NCBI GenBank assembly: GCA_963718665.1
Contig: OY970359.1
Span: forward strand, 1,888,001 to 1,952,000
DNA: 64,000 nt
Source of the DNA: an uncultured Phycisphaerales bacterium
GTDB lineage: Bacteria; Planctomycetota; Phycisphaerae; Sedimentisphaerales; Anaerobacaceae
Direction of reading: 5' to 3'
Shown: positions 1-8,100 of the stretch, one piece after another
Position numbering within the stretch: the first letter of the stretch is position 1
How the letters are laid out: each line of letters opens with the position of its first letter
Notes under the pieces: generated by a model
Databases searched by the model: none
The model's input: the letters and a program-made list of their open reading frames with translations, nothing else
Told to the model about the DNA's origin: nothing
Translations under genes and position numbers: made by a program

Positions 1-419
1 AACAGGTCCATACTGGCTTTAGGGGCAGGCCTAATTGAGATAAATCGAAACGATTCGTCGCAAAAATGTCTTACTTCCCGTCTCAGGCAATTCTCAATTT
101 TAAGGGATAACAGCCGGGCAGGATAAGTAAAAGGAAGCTGTATATTGTGGCTCGCCTCGTGAAGCAGTAACAGCAAGCTGAATGCTTCCTCTTTGGACAG
201 AGCAGGTGTTGGAAGAGGTGATTGAAGGTCTAAAGTATAACAGTGGCGCCTTGTGTTGAAACGACAAGGCAAACCCGCCCCTTGTAGCTCTTTCAGGTCT
301 CTATATACAGTGCGACGGCTTTTTCCCAGTATCTCGGTTAATTCCGAAATTGCATAGCCCCTCCGGGATTGCAACGCTGTCAATAACTGCATTATTCTGC
401 TGGTTCTGCTGTTTTTCAT
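1..419 (-). CDS. HTH_11 (YafY/PafB-like) transcriptional regulator, probably WYL-domain; 3' part runs off the window
   Basis: Not in the ORF track. Manual translation from ATG at 419 gives MKNSRTSRIMQLLTALQSRRGYAISELTEILGKSRRTVYRDLKELQGAGLP...LSKEEAFSLLL, open to position 1. SRRTVYRDLxxL and LxxEEAxxL are typical of YafY/PafB-type regulators. The WYL domain itself is not visible. Confidence 0.75.
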   Translation of the reverse strand, partial: MKNSRTSRIMQLLTALQSRRGYAISELTEILGKSRRTVYRDLKELQGAGLPCRFNTRRHCYTLDLQSPLPTPALSKEEAFSLLLLLHEASHNIQLPFTYPARLLSLKIENCLRREVRHFCDESFRFISIRPAPKASMDL

Positions 420-548
420 ACGCCCTTTTGTTTTGATGCTCGGTTTATATGCCATATTAGATGCTTGCTCATCGGTATCACCTTTTTATAAGGCGTTTGG
501 AAACAGCTAAAGGTTGATTGTTTTTTGAGGCCATATCGCGTTTTTTGC

Positions 549-578
549 TTGATTTTAGTAAACAAAATGTGCTATAAT
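549..578 (+). promoter_or_regulatory. Candidate sigma70 promoter for the 694 gene
   Basis: TTGATT-N18-TATAAT with TG extended -10 (TGcTATAAT). Confidence 0.5.
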
Positions 579-693
579 GCCTGACGTTTAGACGGATAGA
601 TGATGACAAGGGAGTAAGCAGACCGTTCACCTTCGGAGGGGAAGGTCGTATCTATTGATGCTGGGTTAAGGTTCTAAAAACTCATTAAAGGGA

Positions 694-1398
694 GTGTGGG
701 CTGTGAAAAGATTGATTTTTTTCATACTGCTTCTGGTTGCAACAGTGCCAGCAGCGCACGCCGAAGTATTCACAAGAGTTTGTATGGCGGATGGCGATAC
801 ACCGCTTGAGCTTGCCGACCCCTGTATTCCATTCGTTTACCGCCCAATTATGGTTGGAACGCACCTTACTATAGTTATTAGTTCTGATACGAGTGATTAC
901 TGGGACGGCGGCGAACTGGCTCTTTGGGATGCAAACCAGAATTACGGTGTTTTGTCCGGAGGTTCACAATTACCGGCTGCCGGCGATATGGCCATAGTAT
1001 GGCCTGTTGTAGAAGCTGAGGAAGTGGACGGGCAGTGGCACGATGCCAATGGTTTTCAGTTTTCCGGGTCCCCGGACTCTACTGCCCTAATCGGCGACTG
1101 GTTTATAGTTGATTATAATGCCATTAGCGTGGGTACCTGTTCTGTTATCTTTTACAACTACGACGTGGATTGGAATAACCCGTTATACGCAATGTCTTTC
1201 ACTCATGTCGTAACACGCGATTTTAATGGTGATGGAATAGTCAACTTTGAGGATTTTGCGGTGCTTGGCTTGAATTGGCGAAGAACCGGCTGTTCTGAAC
1301 CGGATAATTGCTCGGGAACCGACCTTGATGCCGATGGGTATGTAGGTATCAGCGACTTAATGCAATTTGCCGAATACTGGCTGGAAAAGACCAGATAA
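694..1398 (+). CDS. Secreted protein with C-terminal dockerin-like (paired EF-hand-like Ca-binding) repeats
   Basis: Signal peptide ending AAHA; DFNGDGIVNFEDFAVL and DLDADGYVGISDLMQFAEYWL; GGGAG RBS before GTG. Confidence 0.75.
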   Translation: MWAVKRLIFFILLLVATVPAAHAEVFTRVCMADGDTPLELADPCIPFVYRPIMVGTHLTIVISSDTSDYWDGGELALWDANQNYGVLSGGSQLPAAGDMAIVWPVVEAEEVDGQWHDANGFQFSGSPDSTALIGDWFIVDYNAISVGTCSVIFYNYDVDWNNPLYAMSFTHVVTRDFNGDGIVNFEDFAVLGLNWRRTGCSEPDNCSGTDLDADGYVGISDLMQFAEYWLEKTR

Positions 1399-1598
1399 TC
1401 AGCAACCTCGATTTAACCCTTGTGAGACCATTAAACCATAATAATTTTCTCTCAATGGGTCAGGTTATGTCACAGGAGGGCAGAAAATCGTCAACATTTC
1501 CATTTTCACAACGCCTTCAATTTATGGGTGTTGCTGTAAACGCCCGGTGATGATTGGTTAAGGTGGTTTTTGTGATAACGCAGTAGATACGAGAGGAG

Positions 1599-3410
1599 AT
1601 GTGTTATGAACACACGAATATTTTAGGAATTATCGTCATAGTGCTGCTTGGCAGCGGAATCGCAGTTGCAGACAGACCCTTAGAGCGTGCGGAGCTTCTG
1701 CAAATCTTTGAACAATTAACCGCTCAACCCCGCAAGACCTGGATTGCTGCGGGCACAATTGAGGCGTCACATCAGGAATATGGTGCATCAGCCGTTACCG
1801 ACGAAAATGAGATTAACCGGCAAATCGCCGCGGAGATTCAGCGGTATCGGAATGAGTCAAACAAAAGAGAGCTTACCGAAGAGATGCAGAAAATGAAACT
1901 TGACGCGATGCCTTTTAACATTCGCCACAAGTTATCCAACGAATACACAATGAATTCTACGGAACAGGTAAAATTTGACAGTAAGCGGTTCTACTGGGAG
2001 ATTGACGTTGATTCAAGGTCTGATTCGGTAAAACCGGGCAGGGAGTTAGCCGGCAATTTCATGACTCAGCAATTCGACCTCGGCGGAAATCAAAAACGTA
2101 TATTTGCCTGGGATGGCGATAAGTACACCACGTATTTCCTGCCTGCCAACAATGCTATTGTCGATGCAGGGGGAAATAGCCCGCATTCTGTAAACGGGCC
2201 TTTAACCGCAGGGGTGGTGCCGTGGGGATACGGTCGCTACACATACAGTAATCTTTGTGCCGTTGAGTCATCGGGCATTGAATCGACCGCCAACGGTGAG
2301 ACACAAATAGTTTTGACGCTCAAAGAAGCCGACGGCAGCGAAAGTAACTTTACACTGGACTCCGCCAAAAACTATGCCTTAATAAATTGTTTAATAGGAA
2401 AACCGGATGGCTCGACAATTTCAAGACAGTATTCGGATTATGCATTTATCGCAGGCGGCTGGGTCCCTAAAACCATCCTGATTGAACGATTTGAAGCCGA
2501 CTCGAGTCGGCTGAAAGCCCGCGACTTGTGGAATCTGACTACTATAGACGATAATGTTCCAGAGGCAAACGCTTTTGATGTCCCTTATGGGTCGGATGCG
2601 CTGGTTGAGTATTATTCCGATGGGAGCACTAAGCCGGCAATGTACCGGCAATCAAACGCTGCTGATACAAACCAGCTCCTGACGAAACGTTTGGCGATAG
2701 TCAAATCAAATGGAGCGAATACGCGAAATTGCGCAACAATAGCGATAAGATACGTCGCGTCGGAATTCGGTGTTACAATTTCAGATAAAGATCTTGCATC
2801 CCTCGTTAATCAGACCAGTGGCACTACGAGTATGTACGATATGAAATACTTCCTGCAGGGATTTGGACTATATTGTCGAGCGGTTAAGACAAACATCGAT
2901 ACGCTCAAAAATCTAAACGGCTGCAAGGCAATTTTATATTTCCCAGGGAGGAACCATTACGTTGTCGTGGACCGCATTGATGACCAATATGTCTGGATAA
3001 CAGACCTTTCGTCGGCCAAATTCTATTACCGCACGGAAATCAGCTTTTTTGATATGGACTGGACAGACGGGGCGGCTTTACTTGTTTCGAAACAGCCGAT
3101 TCAGGGCGATTTTAATGAAATCGGCAGCGACCAGCAGGCAGGTATAACCGGCGGCGACGGTTACGCCTGCACATATCTAATTCAGCAATACAATGTCATC
3201 TTTTGCAGCTATGTTGCCGGTTTGTGTGGAGGTAATTACTATGTATATTACACACGCTATGGATGCCAAGCTGACGATAGCGGCGGCAGTTGCTCCAGCA
3301 CAAAAATGGTCAGATGTATGTCAACCCCCTGCATTAACGACCCTGATATCCTTGAGGCCTGCAATGTGACCGGCGTGTGGACATGTTATTATATGATGGC
3401 ATGTATGTAA
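1599..3410 (+). CDS. Secreted protein with peptidase C39-like domain and Cys-rich C-terminal tail behind a double-glycine motif
   Basis: Signal peptide; putative triad C378 (RNCAT), H453 (NHYVVV), D469 (WITDLS); then FNEIGSDQQAGITGG followed by 84 aa with 10 Cys; GAGGAG RBS. Confidence 0.7.
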   Translation: MCYEHTNILGIIVIVLLGSGIAVADRPLERAELLQIFEQLTAQPRKTWIAAGTIEASHQEYGASAVTDENEINRQIAAEIQRYRNESNKRELTEEMQKMKLDAMPFNIRHKLSNEYTMNSTEQVKFDSKRFYWEIDVDSRSDSVKPGRELAGNFMTQQFDLGGNQKRIFAWDGDKYTTYFLPANNAIVDAGGNSPHSVNGPLTAGVVPWGYGRYTYSNLCAVESSGIESTANGETQIVLTLKEADGSESNFTLDSAKNYALINCLIGKPDGSTISRQYSDYAFIAGGWVPKTILIERFEADSSRLKARDLWNLTTIDDNVPEANAFDVPYGSDALVEYYSDGSTKPAMYRQSNAADTNQLLTKRLAIVKSNGANTRNCATIAIRYVASEFGVTISDKDLASLVNQTSGTTSMYDMKYFLQGFGLYCRAVKTNIDTLKNLNGCKAILYFPGRNHYVVVDRIDDQYVWITDLSSAKFYYRTEISFFDMDWTDGAALLVSKQPIQGDFNEIGSDQQAGITGGDGYACTYLIQQYNVIFCSYVAGLCGGNYYVYYTRYGCQADDSGGSCSSTKMVRCMSTPCINDPDILEACNVTGVWTCYYMMACM

Positions 3411-3529
3411 TTAGTTGTGACTTTATTGTGGTATTGCCACGTTAAGGTGGTACTGTAGTATACAGGTTATCATACATTGTTGCTCTGACGCACTTGACTT
3501 TCTTTGACGCAGGCCATACAGTGTTGGCT

Positions 3530-4354
3530 ATGCGGCGATTTGGGCTAGTCCTGATTGAATTGATTTTAGTAATAGGAATTATTGCTGTTCTCTTCGCGTT
3601 TTTGGTCCCTTCTCTTCAGAGGTCCCGGCTTCAGGCAAAAGCGGCTGTCTGTATGTCCAATATCAGACAGTTGAATACGGCCTTGTCAATGTACGTTACT
3701 GACACCGGCAAATTCCCTTACGGATTTTATGACCTGCCTCCACCTAATCCACCTATTCCGCCTCCGTCCGGTGGTTATGCTGGTTTATCTCAATATGACA
3801 GAAGGGGGTGGTGGTGGTTTAACTATCTTGAGGACATTTATAAGAAAAATATGGCTGGGAAGACCGTGCTTCAATGCCCTTCCAAACAGCTACAACAGAC
3901 AGCGCTAAAAAATGATATTCTTTGCGGAAACTACGGCGTTAATCTGTTGATTTGCAGAATGTCGAGTGGCGGCGGGGACCAGAATGAAATAGGTAATCCG
4001 ATAGGGATTTCGGAAGTTTTACGGCCGGGGCAGACATTGCTCATAGTCGATAGCGGCTACGCAATCATAAGCTGGCAGCACGCGGCTGATATTCTACCTC
4101 AGGGGATAACGCTTGGCACCATACCATTAGAAAATACTGCTTACGTTCCGGGCCTGTCGATAAATTGCCAAAGACAACTTTTGCCGGAACAGGAAACAGA
4201 TGCTTTATATGGGAGACATCCCCAGATGACGGTTAACGTTGGATTTGTTGATGGTCACGTAGCCCGCATCAAAGCGGAAGATTTGCTCGTCAAAAAAAAG
4301 CCCGACGGCACCTACGAAAATCGGTTTCCGCTATGGGCGCCATGTTCTCAATAG
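3530..4354 (+). CDS. Prepilin-type N-terminal cleavage / H-X9-DG (DUF1559-like) protein
   Basis: MRRFG|LVLIELILVIGIIAVL..LVPSLQRSR..A...C.SNIRQL; C-terminal RHPQMTVNVGFVDGHV. Start moved to ATG 3530 from the track's TTG 3494. Confidence 0.85.
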   Translation: MRRFGLVLIELILVIGIIAVLFAFLVPSLQRSRLQAKAAVCMSNIRQLNTALSMYVTDTGKFPYGFYDLPPPNPPIPPPSGGYAGLSQYDRRGWWWFNYLEDIYKKNMAGKTVLQCPSKQLQQTALKNDILCGNYGVNLLICRMSSGGGDQNEIGNPIGISEVLRPGQTLLIVDSGYAIISWQHAADILPQGITLGTIPLENTAYVPGLSINCQRQLLPEQETDALYGRHPQMTVNVGFVDGHVARIKAEDLLVKKKPDGTYENRFPLWAPCSQ

Positions 4355-4361
4355 CTGCAGA

Positions 4362-6044
4362 TTAGAACGACATAGCTTCTGCTTTTGCAAGTATTTCTTT
4401 GTCGCCGGGGTATTCGATAATCATAATCGATTCGAGGACCGGCTGAAAATCAGATGCTGATTGTTTAAACCACTGAACTTTTTGTGGCAGATTAGTAGAG
4501 TTATCCATAAAAATACGCCAACTCTTTTGCGTCGTTGAACCATCATAGGCCTTCTCGGCCCAACTCAGTTCATATACTTTAGTATTGCTGGTTTTAACGG
4601 TAAGCTCGGAATTCGTTATCTCAGACCACCTTGCGTCCGCGGGGATGTCGGCGGATTTGTCGAATGGCATTATGCCTAATGAACCGTAAATCATATTCCT
4701 TAAAGCGACAAGATTATCACTGCTCAATGAAATCTGCTTAATTGCGCCGGTGCCCAAATCTTTATTCTTTTTCACTCGCTCGAAAGCGCTCCAAAGTGTA
4801 AATTCATTTTTTGTCTTAATAATGTAAATCTCAGAACTTCTGGATACCCAAACCTCCTGCACGGGTTTTTGATTATCGGCAACAAAGCTGGAAATATGGA
4901 TATTCTTAACCACATCGATGGCCCTGTAAATCTGTTCAATGCCAAGACCTTTTGCGGTATGAACGTTAATAAACAGGCCTACTGCCACCATTATCACCGC
5001 TGCAACCGGAATCGCCACTTTCAATAGCGGTCTAATACTCTTTGATGCAGATTTGAGTTTTACGGTTGGTTCAAACTTCTCAGAATGTGGTTGCTCCCGG
5101 CTGTCCAAATTGGCCATTTCCACCCTTACAGGGAAACCAGCGTATATGCTTTCTGTCTCAACCTTGGCAGTTGTGTCTATGTGGAAGACCGTCGCAACGC
5201 CGGATTCGGGCCTGTCGGCAATGTCATAAATCGTCTTGTGCAATTGCTGGATTTTGTCAAGGCACTCGGCGCAGCAGACAATGTGTGTGGTTAAAGATTT
5301 GCGGAATTTGGCATATTCGTCGCTTGTCGGGTCTATGCCGTATGGAATACAATAATCAAAGACATCAATTGCTCCTACGGATGAACATGGGAAGATACTC
5401 TTCTGTGTTTCATTATCGCTATGCAGTATTTTTGTTTGTTCCAGGATTATCTGACGGAATTTGTACAGTTCCTGCCGACATTTAGGACATAAAGATAAAT
5501 GCCTTAAAGTTTTTGCATCTGTTCGGCCAAAGGCCATCGCAACAACAGTTGGGATTGCCTCACGAGCTGTGGTGCAATCTGTTTCGTCGGTATCAAGTTC
5601 ATCTGCAAACAATTCACTGAGGGTTATAAGCTGTTTGTGGCTGAGGCCCAGATTTTGCAGCTTTTTGGAATCCTCTTTACATTGGTCGCAGTTATCGATA
5701 TGGGCCGTTATGGGCGTAGGCATCCTGATTTGCGTCGTCGGAGCCAAAAGATTCGGCAAAAAAGGCCTTACATCAGCGCAATTAACGTGTTTACCCACAA
5801 ACGAAAAGTGCAGCTTGAGTATGGCGGTAGTCGCCATCTGACGTTGTACCATGTGTGTTTGTGGATGCTCTTTGCATTCGGCCAGCATTGCTTCAAGCCG
5901 GCTCATTTGCTCACGACAGTAAAGACATCCCATGATGTGGTCGATGACTTCGCTGGGAACAGACCGTTCGGTCTCATCACGTAAAAAGTCAAAGTAGTGC
6001 CGCTCGGCTTCCGCACAAAATTTGTTATAATTGGGTGCTATCAT
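4362..6044 (-). CDS. Membrane-anchored anti-sigma factor with four tandem zf-HC2-like motifs
   Basis: HIMGCLYC, HIDNCDQC, HLSLCPKC, HIVCCAEC, each with an upstream Cys; TM helix (VAIPVAAVIMVAVGLFI); C-terminal beta-rich domain; overlaps 3' end of an ECF sigma; ATG 6044 has a GAGG RBS. Confidence 0.75.
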   Translation of the reverse strand: MIAPNYNKFCAEAERHYFDFLRDETERSVPSEVIDHIMGCLYCREQMSRLEAMLAECKEHPQTHMVQRQMATTAILKLHFSFVGKHVNCADVRPFLPNLLAPTTQIRMPTPITAHIDNCDQCKEDSKKLQNLGLSHKQLITLSELFADELDTDETDCTTAREAIPTVVAMAFGRTDAKTLRHLSLCPKCRQELYKFRQIILEQTKILHSDNETQKSIFPCSSVGAIDVFDYCIPYGIDPTSDEYAKFRKSLTTHIVCCAECLDKIQQLHKTIYDIADRPESGVATVFHIDTTAKVETESIYAGFPVRVEMANLDSREQPHSEKFEPTVKLKSASKSIRPLLKVAIPVAAVIMVAVGLFINVHTAKGLGIEQIYRAIDVVKNIHISSFVADNQKPVQEVWVSRSSEIYIIKTKNEFTLWSAFERVKKNKDLGTGAIKQISLSSDNLVALRNMIYGSLGIMPFDKSADIPADARWSEITNSELTVKTSNTKVYELSWAEKAYDGSTTQKSWRIFMDNSTNLPQKVQWFKQSASDFQPVLESIMIIEYPGDKEILAKAEAMSF

Positions 6045-6624
6045 CTTCAACCTCTTGTTCAATTGCCAGAAATTTTTTAACCTTCCTAAGCCCGGTGGAA
6101 ATATATCTTACTACAGAACGATCATCAATACTCATTCTGTCAGCCGCTTCTTTTATGGATAAATCATCACAGTATCTTGATGCAATAGCTTTAAATTCAT
6201 TCTTCGTTACCCGATTTCTGATTAATTCTATCATCCGATCTGCCAGCTCTTTCTCTATTAAGGCGTCTTCGGGCAGCCGATTGTTGACGGTTATTTTGTT
6301 ATAATTGGCACATCTGTGTGTCATTTCCTGGTATTTTTTGAGGTGTCGGATATGGTCTGTTGTATCATTGATTATCGCCCTGTAGATATAACCTTTGATG
6401 TCCTGCACTTCCGCCGGGACAGGTCTTGATGCAAGCGAAAGGAAGAAATTATGGAACAAATCTTCGGCCATGCTTTCATCCTTAATTTTGTGGCGAATAA
6501 CAGCGCGGATAAAATCGCCGTGCTCAAAAAAGATTACCGTGGCACGTTGAACGTCGCCTGATACGTCACACCCCTGTTCTATGGTGTTCTTTTCGCTCAC
6601 CTGCGACTCACTCCCAAAAGGCAA
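6025..6624 (-). CDS. ECF sigma-70 family factor
   Basis: Region 2 AEDLFHNFFL...YIYRAIIN; region 4 LSIKEAADRMSI..RSVVRYISTGLRK. The start may be GTG at 6600. Confidence 0.85.
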   Translation of the reverse strand: MPFGSESQVSEKNTIEQGCDVSGDVQRATVIFFEHGDFIRAVIRHKIKDESMAEDLFHNFFLSLASRPVPAEVQDIKGYIYRAIINDTTDHIRHLKKYQEMTHRCANYNKITVNNRLPEDALIEKELADRMIELIRNRVTKNEFKAIASRYCDDLSIKEAADRMSIDDRSVVRYISTGLRKVKKFLAIEQEVEDDSTQL

Positions 6625-7511
6625 AGAATCCGAATATAAACAGCCATATTACCAAATATGCCTTTTCTTATCAAGGGTAAGGTTTTGGCTAAATCATGCT
6701 GAATGGATTGATATTTGGGTGTGGTGATTAGTTCAATACTGAGTGTAGCTCTTAATATGCCTTGCTGGCTTTAAAAAAATCTCCTTTTTCCTTAGCCAGT
6801 GACAGGTTTTGACACTCCAGGTGTAAATTTCCTAAGATTTTCGTGCTTTTAGGCGATGTAGAGAATAGGCCTCCTTAGATTTTTGCTCGCTGGGCTTGGA
6901 ATGGGTGGGCTGGGAAAGAGCTTTGTGGGGATGAAGCTTTTCCCGGCCCACTTGGCCTCGTCCTTGCTGTGCCGTGAGTGGTCGTGATGCTCAAACCTGT
7001 AAAATTCGGATAGATAGTCCGATGGCATAAAATCATAAGCCGTTGAAAACATAGAACTTACAAACTCGCAGCCCCTCTGCTTACAAATAATTTAAGGACG
7101 ACAAGGCGGCTTAGATAGGCATAAATTGCTTCTCTTTTTCATTTTCTTAAACTGCTTGCCATTAGGGATGTGTGGATTACTATCACTTTGGTATCAAAAT
7201 CGAAAATACACCTGGAATCGTAAAAGAACTTTTCATAGCATCACAACCTGAGCAGATGTCTGGTTTTTATTACTGCTTGATGATTTGTTTTCGGTCGGTT
7301 TGCCTTTCGGTTGCTACGATGTTCACTTTCGGGGACATATCTATTGTCAACGCGCAATTTGGGTGGGCTACGGGGATTTCTACCAGCAATAATGAAGGCC
7401 CAGAGAATGATGTGCAAAATGCGGAATCGTGTTGCACGGCTTCGCACACAGGCGGAGAATCTGCGAAATTCAACACAGAACAACACATTACGACACAATG
7501 CGAAGGGGTAG

Positions 7512-7585
7512 TGGGCGATACAGGGTTCGAACCTGTGACCTCACGGGTGTGATCCGTGCGCTCTAACCAGCTGAGCTAATCGCCC
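7512..7585 (-). tRNA. tRNA-Val(CAC)
   Basis: Reverse complement GGGCGAT TA GCTC AGCTGGTTA GAGC G CACGG AT-CAC-AC CCGTG AGGTC ACAGG TTCGAAC CCTGT ATCGCCC A forms a full cloverleaf; CCA not encoded. Confidence 0.95.
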
Positions 7586-7650
7586 TGCACAATCATATTA
7601 GAAACGATTCGGCCTGTTATTGTCAAGTCCAAACGCGGGCATACTTTCGC

Positions 7651-8064
7651 TTACAGACCTTCGTTTGCCAGCAGATTAACGCGTCCAAGCTTGACGCCCT
7701 TAATGCTTATGAGTTTTTCGCCCATTTTGTTTATCTCGCCGACCTTGCCGCGCAGGACTATTACCTCAAGACAATTGTGATGGTCCAGATGAACGTGCAG
7801 AGAAGAAATAGTTTTCAGGACATGCGAATGCTGAAGCTCCGTCAGCCGTTCCATAATCGCGGCTGCGTGATGGTCATACACCAGGACAACCGCGGCGACC
7901 GCCTCGGCCTTGTCATTTCGCAGCCGATTATCGCTTAACTGCTGCCTTATTAAATCGCGTATTGCTTCCGACCGGCTCTGATAACCCTTCTCGGCAATCA
8001 ACTTGTCGAATGCTCCGAGCAATTCTTTCTCAAGCGACACACCAACTCGCTCTATACCCGCCAT
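7651..8064 (-). CDS. nikR: Nickel-responsive transcriptional regulator NikR
   Basis: RHH RVGVSL...FD..I..KGY.SRSEAIRDLIR; YDHH and HVHLDHHNCLEV Ni-binding motifs. Confidence 0.95.
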   Translation of the reverse strand: MAGIERVGVSLEKELLGAFDKLIAEKGYQSRSEAIRDLIRQQLSDNRLRNDKAEAVAAVVLVYDHHAAAIMERLTELQHSHVLKTISSLHVHLDHHNCLEVIVLRGKVGEINKMGEKLISIKGVKLGRVNLLANEGL

Positions 8065-8100
8065 TACATTTCTCCTGCAATACCCGTTGAGGTTCGCAAA

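Noticed and set aside
7172..7552. 126-aa + strand ORF ending GDTGFEPVTSRV
   Set aside because: Its end is the antisense translation of the tRNA; no recognisable domain. At most the decayed end of an integrated element.
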